A stretch of 43,874 nucleotides of DNA, from the IMG/VR virus record IMGVR_UViG_3300022177_000048, positions 1 to 43,874 of that record. One strand, 5' to 3'. Below are positions 36,974-43,874 of this stretch, piece after piece; position 1 is the stretch's first letter; each line of letters starts with the position of its first letter. The position numbers and the translations under genes were made by a program. This DNA is from a virus. Its lineage: Duplodnaviria; Caudoviricetes. Under the pieces are notes generated by a model. That model saw nothing but the letters and a program-made list of their open reading frames with translations, did no database searches and was not told the origin of the DNA.

Positions 36974-37705
36974 ATGCTGTTTGCGGCCGAAAGCGGCCAG
37001 ACGGTTATAGATGAAAACCTGGCCAACTCGTCGGTTATGATGCAGGAGTTCTCTCATATTTACGAAGGCACTGCATTTGACGGTAAAACTGGAGCTGGCG
37101 TAGCTGAGTATGACTCTGCCGGTTATGATCATGCGGTGAGGTTCAAGGCTGATGCGGCAGCGTCTATTGCCAGGGTTGTATTTGAAATTATCAAACATGG
37201 CCAGGGTGCAGATCTATTGCTGGAGCTCCGGGACGGATTTAATCCGGACGGCTCAGCAATGGGGTCGCTGCTGAGATACATGGTCCTCCCGCAAGAGTTT
37301 ATGCCGGCGGTCAAAACATCATTCAGTATCCCCTTGGATATTTCTGACCTAGTCAATGGGGCCTACTATTGGCTGATTGTGAAAAAGGGCGGGGATGCGG
37401 ACAACCATTTTCACCTGCATGGGGAAACTATTCAGGACTCTCTATACCCGACCTATAAAAGGGCTGGTGATAGCGGAGCCTGGACAGCGGAGAACGCCAT
37501 CCACTTCAGCGTGTATAACGGGGAGACCGGCAACCTCATGCATGGTATCTACGGCTATAATGCCGTTACTTGGCTAGTTTGGGATGGTGATCTAATCTCC
37601 AAAGCCTACCGGTACTTGCCTCCTGCTTCCGGTTTTCCCGGCGGGGTCAGGCAGATAAAAACCTACCAATGGTCGGGAGAGATTTTAAAGCGGGGGGTGG
37701 TATAG
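36974..37705 (+). CDS. Hypothetical tail-region protein
   Basis: AGGAGG RBS; beta-rich with a GAYYWLIV motif. Confidence 0.7.
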   Translation: MLFAAESGQTVIDENLANSSVMMQEFSHIYEGTAFDGKTGAGVAEYDSAGYDHAVRFKADAAASIARVVFEIIKHGQGADLLLELRDGFNPDGSAMGSLLRYMVLPQEFMPAVKTSFSIPLDISDLVNGAYYWLIVKKGGDADNHFHLHGETIQDSLYPTYKRAGDSGAWTAENAIHFSVYNGETGNLMHGIYGYNAVTWLVWDGDLISKAYRYLPPASGFPGGVRQIKTYQWSGEILKRGVV

Positions 37706-38232
37706 TGTTTGGTTCAGAAGAAATACTGGCGTTTATCCGCAGACAGGTCGGGGTTAGAACTGATGCCGCGGACCCGGCAGGGAGCATGCACTCCAAAATC
37801 GCCAACTTGCAGGAGGTTATGCAGAATTACATTAAGAACTACACGATCATGCAGATTAGTACACTGGCATCAAGTTCCATGGGATGGAGCAGCACGGAAC
37901 AAAGTGTGACCATTACCTACAACGGGGCAGGTATTTTGCAGAACATCTATATACAAGCCAGCGGATCGTCATCGTGGACCAGCAACTGCCGGGCAACTGT
38001 TACCGTAGATGGAACGGCCCTGCCGGCCTTTGGTTCTGCTAATGGCAGTGTAGCCTGGTCATCCTCAAATATGTATTTGTTCTCTGATTCTATGGGAAAA
38101 CTCAACGTGATTGGCAGCAGGGCAAATTTAGGCATACCCTTTCGTTCTTCTATATCAGTAACCATATATTTTTCTGTTCCCAGCGGGGGCGGGGGATCAA
38201 TGGTGGGCAATCTGGAAGTTTACAAGTATTAA
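37705..38232 (+). CDS. Ser/Gly-rich tail-region protein, possible receptor-binding protein
   Basis: TAGTG overlap with the upstream gene; helical N-terminus followed by a beta-rich Ser/Gly domain. Confidence 0.6.
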   Translation: MFGSEEILAFIRRQVGVRTDAADPAGSMHSKIANLQEVMQNYIKNYTIMQISTLASSSMGWSSTEQSVTITYNGAGILQNIYIQASGSSSWTSNCRATVTVDGTALPAFGSANGSVAWSSSNMYLFSDSMGKLNVIGSRANLGIPFRSSISVTIYFSVPSGGGGSMVGNLEVYKY

Positions 38233-38252
38233 GTAGAGGGGGCAGGACCTTA

Positions 38253-38675
38253 ATGTTTATGGTATTTAACAAGGACGATGGTTTGGTTTTGCATGCATCC
38301 GAAACCGAACCGTTGCTGGCTCCGGGACAGGACTTTGTCTTTGCCCATGATTCCGACCTCAATTTATCCAATTACGAGACTATAAAGGTTATAGGTAAGG
38401 AAGGGTGCCATCTGGAATTGACGCCGACCGCTGAATGGAGTGATAAAGTAGGCAGCGGTACAAATTTTTCGCTGGATGAAAAAATAGCCAAGCTGGAACA
38501 TTACGATTTAATTCTAATGGAGGCTGTAGCTAGGCTCTCGGAAGCAACTCCCGGCACAGTCAGTTCAGAGCTTATGACTGAATTGGTACTGGCGGGAAGA
38601 AGAACGATAGACCAGGTGCCGGCTGATATACAGAAAGATGTGTCAGGCACGATCGAAACTGCCGGCAAGCTATAA
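38253..38675 (+). CDS. Hypothetical protein ending in a small CD1375/XkdX-like module
   Basis: C-terminal ELVLAGRRTIDQVPA...DV; last tail gene before a terminator. Confidence 0.6.
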   Translation: MFMVFNKDDGLVLHASETEPLLAPGQDFVFAHDSDLNLSNYETIKVIGKEGCHLELTPTAEWSDKVGSGTNFSLDEKIAKLEHYDLILMEAVARLSEATPGTVSSELMTELVLAGRRTIDQVPADIQKDVSGTIETAGKL

Positions 38676-38697
38676 AGGCTAAGATTATATTATGTTA

Positions 38698-38720
38698 CGG
38701 GCCTGCGGGCTCTTTTTTAT
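38698..38720 (+). terminator. Terminator after the tail genes
   Basis: GGGCC-TGCG-GGCTC followed by a T tract; short stem. Confidence 0.55.
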
Positions 38721-38808
38721 TGCCTAAATTCAGGTGAGATAAGCTCGATCTGCAGCAGATGCATAACTGCAGGCTTGAGCAGTATCTCAATGGGAAGGGG
38801 AGTGAGGG

Positions 38809-39090
38809 ATGGAAAACCTAGCGCTGTTGGGAGCCATAGGGACCGTGTGCTCGGCTGCCTTCGGGTACGTTGGCTACCAGCAAGGGATTAAAAATGCTTG
38901 TATAGACGAAGGCCAAGAAAGTGGAGAGCTGAAAGCCGACATCAAATACATCAAGAGCGGGATCGATGATATTAAGATCGATCTTAAAGTGCAGGAAAGG
39001 AGAGTTAATGAACTTGCCGAGCGGGTAACCAGGGTAGAAGAGTCCACCCGGCAGGCCCACAAGCGCATTGATGAGATCAAAGACATTTAG
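38809..39090 (+). CDS. Membrane-anchored coiled-coil protein of the lysis module (XhlA-like)
   Basis: N-terminal hydrophobic helix; ERVTRVEES...AHKRID. Confidence 0.7.
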   Translation: MENLALLGAIGTVCSAAFGYVGYQQGIKNACIDEGQESGELKADIKYIKSGIDDIKIDLKVQERRVNELAERVTRVEESTRQAHKRIDEIKDI

Positions 39091-39098
39091 GAGGCAGC

Positions 39099-39359
39099 AT
39101 GACTTTCTCAAAATTTATCGTCACATTGCTATTGATTAACGGCATAATCTGGACCTACCTGTCTTATTACCTGGCTTATCTGGGGAGAGATCAAATAGCG
39201 GAGACGTTAAGTTCCGCCGTATTGGTTCAAATTTTAGGTGTGGTGGTTGTGTATTCAGCCAAGGCACTATTTGAAAACCTGAGCAAAAACAACAACTGGC
39301 CGGATAAGACAGCCAAGACCGTGAAGAAGGAGGAGGTTACCACTTATGAGCAGCCCTAG
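39099..39359 (+). CDS. Two-TM membrane protein, holin candidate
   Basis: Two hydrophobic helices and a charged C-terminus; overlaps the amidase start. Confidence 0.65.
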   Translation: MTFSKFIVTLLLINGIIWTYLSYYLAYLGRDQIAETLSSAVLVQILGVVVVYSAKALFENLSKNNNWPDKTAKTVKKEEVTTYEQP

Positions 39360-40026
39360 TGTATATTTGTCGGCCTCATCCCAGGAAAACAATCTGGGAA
39401 TTGACGGGGTTTCCGAAGAAGCCCGGATGAACGTGCTGGTTCGTGATGTGGGCAGCATCTTGACCAGCCGGGGGATAAACGTTTACTACAACGATCCCGC
39501 GTGGAGTCTGTCGAAAATTGTAAGCGACAGCAACTTGAAAAATCCGGATCTGCATATCGCAGTCCATACCAACGCCGGGGGCGGTACCGGCACCGAGACT
39601 TGGTGTTATGGCATCTCGGGCACAAACAGCGCCGCCTTTGGGTCCAGGCTGCAGGCTGCCTTAGTTGCAGCTTTGGAACTGAGAGACAGGGGTATAAAGG
39701 ACAGTTCGGTACACGGGTATCGCTGGGCCGAGGTCGTCAATACGAATGCCACCTCGGTATTGACCGAGGTGTTTTTTCATGACAACCCTGAGGATGTGGA
39801 TCGGTATAACCAGAGGTATCAGCGGGTGGTAGCAGCCATGGCAGATGCCATATCGGAGTGGTTTAATATATCAACTCCCAACCGGGTCCAGATCCACGCC
39901 GGCGGGACAACCATAAATGCGGTAATAATTGATAACAGATCTTATGCCCCGGTGCGCCAGCTGGCTGAAGCCCTGGGCCATACTGTAGATTGGATCGAGA
40001 GTACCAGAACTGTTGTAGTGAAATAG
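39346..40026 (+). CDS. Endolysin: Amidase_3-type N-acetylmuramoyl-L-alanine amidase with small C-terminal domain
   Basis: AVHTNAGGGTGTE, DRGIK, LTEVFFHDN; C-terminal NRSYAPVRQLAEALG..VDW (copper-amine-oxidase-N-like). Confidence 0.85.
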   Translation: MSSPSVYLSASSQENNLGIDGVSEEARMNVLVRDVGSILTSRGINVYYNDPAWSLSKIVSDSNLKNPDLHIAVHTNAGGGTGTETWCYGISGTNSAAFGSRLQAALVAALELRDRGIKDSSVHGYRWAEVVNTNATSVLTEVFFHDNPEDVDRYNQRYQRVVAAMADAISEWFNISTPNRVQIHAGGTTINAVIIDNRSYAPVRQLAEALGHTVDWIESTRTVVVK

Positions 40027-40047
40027 CAGATAGAAAGGATGGATAAG

Positions 40048-40233
40048 ATGAGACCATTTTTTGAAAGATTAAAGAGCCGTAAATTTTTGACCGCCCTGGC
40101 CAGTGCGGTTTTCATTATTATCAACGAGGGGCTGGGGACTCCGGTCAACCGCGAGGCTTACGGATGGATCTCAGGAACCATCATCGCCTTTATCCTGGGC
40201 GAAAGCTATGTGGACGGCAAGGCAGCGAAATAG
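40048..40233 (+). CDS. Small two-TM holin candidate
   Basis: RLKSRKF..AL...IIAFILGESYVD. Confidence 0.75.
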   Translation: MRPFFERLKSRKFLTALASAVFIIINEGLGTPVNREAYGWISGTIIAFILGESYVDGKAAK

Positions 40234-40251
40234 GTATTAGAAAGGGTAAGG

Positions 40252-40292
40252 ATGGCTCGTGGGGCACAATCGCTCTGCGGGCCATTTTTTTG
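40252..40292 (+). terminator. Intrinsic terminator after the lysis module
   Basis: ATGGCTCGTGGGGC-ACAATC-GCTCTGCGGGCCAT followed by a T tract. Confidence 0.8.
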
Positions 40293-40299
40293 TTTGAAG

Positions 40300-40358
40300 C
40301 CGTCCGATTTTCCATCCTCCGGTGGCTTAAACCGAAGGCTTTTGAGGTTCGCCTTCGG
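40300..40358 (+). promoter_or_regulatory. Motif A copy 3
   Basis: CCGTCCGATT-ttccatcctcc-GGTGGC, then CCGAAGGC...GCCTTCGG hairpin abutting GGAGGAGG. Confidence 0.75.
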
Positions 40359-40371
40359 AGGAGGTAGCGTA

Positions 40372-40779
40372 ATGACGCAGCAGCAAAAGGAGACAATTAT
40401 CAAAATGCGCGGGGACGGCTGTAGCTATTCAAGTATATCGAAAACACTCGGTGTTTCCGAAAATACGGTAAAGTCATTCTGCCGCAGGAACAACCTTGGC
40501 AGTATTCATATAGGAACGAGTTTACAGAAGGATGGGGCTTTCTGCCGGCAGTGCGGAACCCCCCTTGCTCAGACTTCTGGCGTGAAGCGAAAACAGTTCT
40601 GTTCGGATAAATGTCGCATGGCTTGGTGGAACGACCACCCGGAAGCCGTCAACCGGAAAGCCATCTATACTTTTACCTGCCCTATCTGTGGCCGAGAGTT
40701 TGAAAGCTACGGAAACAAGAACCGCAAATACTGTTCTCGTATCTGCTACGGCAGGTCAAGGGCGGTGCGGCATGGATAA
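40372..40779 (+). CDS. HTH plus Zn-finger protein
   Basis: YSSISKTLGVSENTVKSFCRR; CRQC..FCSDKC, CPIC..YCSRIC; start moved to ATG 40372 after GGAGGAGG. Confidence 0.85.
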   Translation: MTQQQKETIIKMRGDGCSYSSISKTLGVSENTVKSFCRRNNLGSIHIGTSLQKDGAFCRQCGTPLAQTSGVKRKQFCSDKCRMAWWNDHPEAVNRKAIYTFTCPICGREFESYGNKNRKYCSRICYGRSRAVRHG

Positions 40780-40936
40780 GGCCTTAGCAATCATCCACTA
40801 TACAGCCGCCATGGCGGTTTTCAAAAAATGGCTTGCGGTGGGCATTATTCATGAAGCTGAACTTATAAAAATTGAGGCAGCTATCGCTGAAAAATACGGG
40901 CTTTCAACGCGCAGCATATATCGCCAAAACGCTTGA
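40772..40936 (+). CDS. Small SHOCT-like protein preceding the recombinases
   Basis: MAVFKKWL..GII.E.E..KI......KY; overlaps the upstream stop. Confidence 0.7.
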   Translation: MDKALAIIHYTAAMAVFKKWLAVGIIHEAELIKIEAAIAEKYGLSTRSIYRQNA

Positions 40937-40963
40937 TAATATAGGCGTTTCGAGCGAATATGT
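40932..40963 (+). promoter_or_regulatory. Motif B copy 3 (diverged)
   Basis: CTTGATA-N12-CGAGCGAATATGT upstream of the AAAGGAGG RBS of recombinase 1. Confidence 0.5.
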
Positions 40964-40983
40964 CATAACGAAAGGAGGCCCTA

Positions 40984-42294
40984 ATGGAAAGAATAGTTAA
41001 GAAGATATCACCGTCGGTGTTGCCGCTTCCGGCAAGATTACGGGTGGCCGCCTATGCCCGTGTTTCATCCGGAAAAGATGAAATGCTTCATTCCCTTGCG
41101 GCTCAGGTCAGCTATTACAGCAACCTCATTCAGCAACGACCGGATTGGCAATATGCTGGTGTATACGCCGACGAGGCATTGACGGGAACCAAGGAGACTC
41201 GTCCACAATTTCAGCGTCTGATTGCCGATTGTAAGGATGGCCGCATTGACCTGGTCATTACTAAATCAATATCACGCTTTGCCCGAAACACGGTAACGCT
41301 TCTTGAAACCGTGCGAGAACTGAAACGGCTTGGGGTCGACGTTTATTTTGAGGAGCAGAATATTCACTCTATGAGCGGGGATGGAGAACTTATGCTCTCC
41401 ATCCTAGCATCCTACGCCCAGGAAGAAAGCCGCTCGGTCAGTGAGAACTGCAAGTGGCGGATTCGCAAACAGTTTCAGCAAGGTGAGATCGTAAACCTGC
41501 GTTTCATGTACGGGTACCGAATCAACAATGGTCAAATTGAAATCGATCAGGAACAGGCCGAAATTGTTAGACTGATCTATACCGATTACATAAACGGCCT
41601 GGGATGCGACCGGATCGCTGCCAGGCTGCGGGAAACGGGTGCACTGACGTATCACGGCAGAGAGTGGACAGCCAAACGGGTCCTGGCCATTCTTAATAAC
41701 GAGAAGTATTCTGGCAACGCGCTGCTTCAGAAAAAGTATGTCGCCGACCACTTGTCCAAAAAGCTGGTTTATAATCGTGGAATCCTGCCAAAGTACTATG
41801 CTGAAGGAACCCATGAGCCGATCATTGACCCTCTCACCTTTCAAAAGGCGCAGGAAATCATGGCCGAGCGCCGGGAGAATGGGAATGTCTGGAAAAACCC
41901 CGCCAACCGTTATCCGTTTTCGGGCATAATTTTCTGCCCCCGCTGCGGAAAGAACTACCGACATGTAACCTACAAGGGACATACAGCCTGGAACTGTGCC
42001 ACCTTCATTCACTCCGGCAAAGACGCCTGCCCAGCTAAGCAAATCCCAGAACCAATATTGTTTTCGCTGACCGCTGAAGTGTTGGGTTTGGCGGAATTTA
42101 ACGAGGTGATTTTCCGGTCCGAGATCAAGCAGATGCAGGTACCGGAGCCCAACAAGGTCATATATATCTTCCAGGATGGCCGTGAAATTAAAGCAGTCTG
42201 GCAAGACCGGTCGCGCAAATCAAGCTGGGACAGTGATAAAAAACAGCAGGCGCGGGATAGGGCGCTTGCATACCAAAGGGGGGATTTGAAATGA
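40984..42294 (+). CDS. Large serine recombinase 1
   Basis: AAYARVSS, TKSISRFARN, AQEESRSVSEN, EKYSG, Zn ribbon CPRCG; no long coiled coil. Confidence 0.95.
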   Translation: MERIVKKISPSVLPLPARLRVAAYARVSSGKDEMLHSLAAQVSYYSNLIQQRPDWQYAGVYADEALTGTKETRPQFQRLIADCKDGRIDLVITKSISRFARNTVTLLETVRELKRLGVDVYFEEQNIHSMSGDGELMLSILASYAQEESRSVSENCKWRIRKQFQQGEIVNLRFMYGYRINNGQIEIDQEQAEIVRLIYTDYINGLGCDRIAARLRETGALTYHGREWTAKRVLAILNNEKYSGNALLQKKYVADHLSKKLVYNRGILPKYYAEGTHEPIIDPLTFQKAQEIMAERRENGNVWKNPANRYPFSGIIFCPRCGKNYRHVTYKGHTAWNCATFIHSGKDACPAKQIPEPILFSLTAEVLGLAEFNEVIFRSEIKQMQVPEPNKVIYIFQDGREIKAVWQDRSRKSSWDSDKKQQARDRALAYQRGDLK

Positions 42295-43874
42295 AGCCCA
42301 CCCGAGCCGTTACTGTCATACCGCCAACCATGAACCGCTTTGCACCGGAGACACCAGGTTTGGCCCCAAGAAAAAGAGTAGCCGCCTATGCCCGCGTTTC
42401 AACAGATTCTGATGAACAGCTTACCAGCTATGAAGCCCAGGTAGACTACTACACCAAATACATCAAGGAACGTGCCGATTGGGAATTTGCCGGAATCTAC
42501 ACCGATGAGGGCATCAGTGCCACCAATACCAAAAAACGCGAGGGATTTAAGCAGATGGTCGCTGATTCACTTGACGGGAAGATCAACCTGATAGTTACTA
42601 AATCCGTCAGCCGCTTTGCGAGAAACACGGTTGATTCCTTAGTTACAGTGCGTCAGTTAAAAGAAAAAGGTGTAGAGGTTTATTTTGAAAAGGAGAACAT
42701 TTATACGCTGGACAGCAAGGGGGAGCTTTTAATCACCATCATGTCCAGCCTGGCCCAGGAGGAAAGCCGTTCAATCTCCGAAAACGTAACCTGGGGACAG
42801 CGCAAACGCATGGCGGATGGAAAAGTCAGCATGCCTTATGCCCACTTCCTTGGTTACGAAAAGGGCGAGGATGGGTTGCCCAAAATCGTAGAAAGGGAAG
42901 CGGAAACAGTTCGTCTGATTTACCGGATGTTTCTTGAAGGTAAAACGCCTTCAGCCATTTCAAAACACCTCGCCAATCAGGGTATCCCCTCGCCATGCGG
43001 CAAGAAAACTTGGCAAGTGGCGACAGTAATAAGCATTCTCACAAATGAAAAATATAAGGGGGACGCACTTCTGCAAAAACGCTTCACGGTGGATTTTCTC
43101 ACTAAAACCACCAAAGTGAACGAGGGCGAGGTTCCCCAATACTATGTTCAGAACAGCCACCCAGCCATTATTGAGCCGGACGAATTCGATGCGGTACAGA
43201 ATGAAATGGAACGGCGTAAAAAGCTCGGCCGGCCAGTCAGCTGCCACAGTCCGTTTTCAGCAAAAATTATTTGCGGCGAGTGCGGCGGTTTCTACGGCTC
43301 CAAGGTCTGGGGCTCAAACACCAAATATCGGCGCAAGGTATGGCGGTGTAATGAGAAGTACAAAAACGCCAAACCTTGCCAAACACCCCATATCACAGAG
43401 GATGAAATTAAGCATCGGTTTCTAACGGCATTTAATATACTGATGGGTGGTAGAGATGAGCTGCTCGCCAGCTGCCGGCTGGCTCAAGAGGTCTTATGCG
43501 ACTGTTCAGCAATTGAAACAGAACTCGCGGAACTGCAGCGTGAAATTGAAGTTGTTTCCGAACTCACGAAAAAATCCATTTATGAAAATGCCCGCTTTGC
43601 CGTTAATCAGGATGAATTTAATGAACGCCACAGCGGGTACATGGAACGCCATCAGATGGCTACTGAGCAAGTTGCTGGATTGGAAACGCTACGTAATACT
43701 CGCCGTGAGAAGCATAAAACCCTGGAGGCTTTTATCCGGGACATAGAAACCCGGCCGGTAATTATTGACGAATTCGATGAAAAACTATGGCTGGCCATTA
43801 TTGACAAAGTCACTGTATTGCCAGATGGTAGGCTCGTGTTTACCTTTAAGGGCGGTACAGATATTAAAGCATAA
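42291..43874 (+). CDS. Large serine recombinase 2
   Basis: AAYARVST, KSVSRFARN, AQEESRSISEN, EKYKG, Zn ribbon CGECG, C-terminal coiled coil. Confidence 0.95.
   Translation: MKPTRAVTVIPPTMNRFAPETPGLAPRKRVAAYARVSTDSDEQLTSYEAQVDYYTKYIKERADWEFAGIYTDEGISATNTKKREGFKQMVADSLDGKINLIVTKSVSRFARNTVDSLVTVRQLKEKGVEVYFEKENIYTLDSKGELLITIMSSLAQEESRSISENVTWGQRKRMADGKVSMPYAHFLGYEKGEDGLPKIVEREAETVRLIYRMFLEGKTPSAISKHLANQGIPSPCGKKTWQVATVISILTNEKYKGDALLQKRFTVDFLTKTTKVNEGEVPQYYVQNSHPAIIEPDEFDAVQNEMERRKKLGRPVSCHSPFSAKIICGECGGFYGSKVWGSNTKYRRKVWRCNEKYKNAKPCQTPHITEDEIKHRFLTAFNILMGGRDELLASCRLAQEVLCDCSAIETELAELQREIEVVSELTKKSIYENARFAVNQDEFNERHSGYMERHQMATEQVAGLETLRNTRREKHKTLEAFIRDIETRPVIIDEFDEKLWLAIIDKVTVLPDGRLVFTFKGGTDIKA

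Larger units (their letters stand above)
1..43874. mobile_element. Temperate siphovirus-like prophage with probable RM/defence cargo at the left end; boundaries not determined
   Basis: Ordered modules: regulation, replication, packaging, HK97-type head, tail, lysis, serine recombinases. No att repeats recognised; whether 1-4670 belongs to the prophage is inference. Confidence 0.9.

Noticed and set aside
34167-38675. Possible diversity-generating retroelement or invertible tail locus
   Set aside because: No reverse transcriptase, no TR/VR duplicate and no inverted gene cassettes were seen by eye.
41404-42204. 266-aa minus-strand ORF
   Set aside because: Entirely antisense to recombinase 1 with no recognisable motifs; shadow ORF.
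1-43874. attL/attR sites, tRNA or rRNA genes
   Set aside because: None recognised; the window begins and ends exactly at gene ends, so att sites probably lie outside it.

Overview
The window is an apparently near-complete temperate siphovirus prophage of a Firmicutes (Clostridia-like) host. The host assignment is an inference from gene families and strong GGAGG ribosome-binding sites. Left end (1-4670, minus strand, visibly AT-richer): a restriction-modification-like cassette with an excisionase-type HTH, two paralogous Zn/HNH-type nucleases, a C5-cytosine methyltransferase with an unusual C-terminal module, a stand-alone EVE-like protein and Vsr. Then on the plus strand: an ImmA/IrrE metallopeptidase-HTH fusion and a sigma-70 region-4 protein; a PolA-type replication module (DUF2800 nuclease, SSB, DNA polymerase, BRO/KilAC antirepressor, VapE primase-helicase, iteron origin, VRR-NUC, SNF2 helicase); late activator, HNH, terS; an inserted ParB-methylase / amidoligase / gamma-glutamylcyclotransferase block; terL, HK97-type head, non-contractile tail, lysis genes, and two tandem large serine recombinases ending at the window edge. 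Most notable observations: (1) the SNF2 gene is interrupted in its Walker A motif by GGT-TGA-G-GGC, the geometry of a Gly-to-Gly stop-hop; (2) the twin-nuclease defence cassette; (3) a three-copy promoter-plus-hairpin motif CCGTCCGATT-N11-GGTGGC; (4) a second three-copy motif CTTGMTA-N12-MGAGYGA; (5) a probable AUA start codon for terL. All family assignments come from motifs recognised by eye. No searches were run and att sites were not identified.
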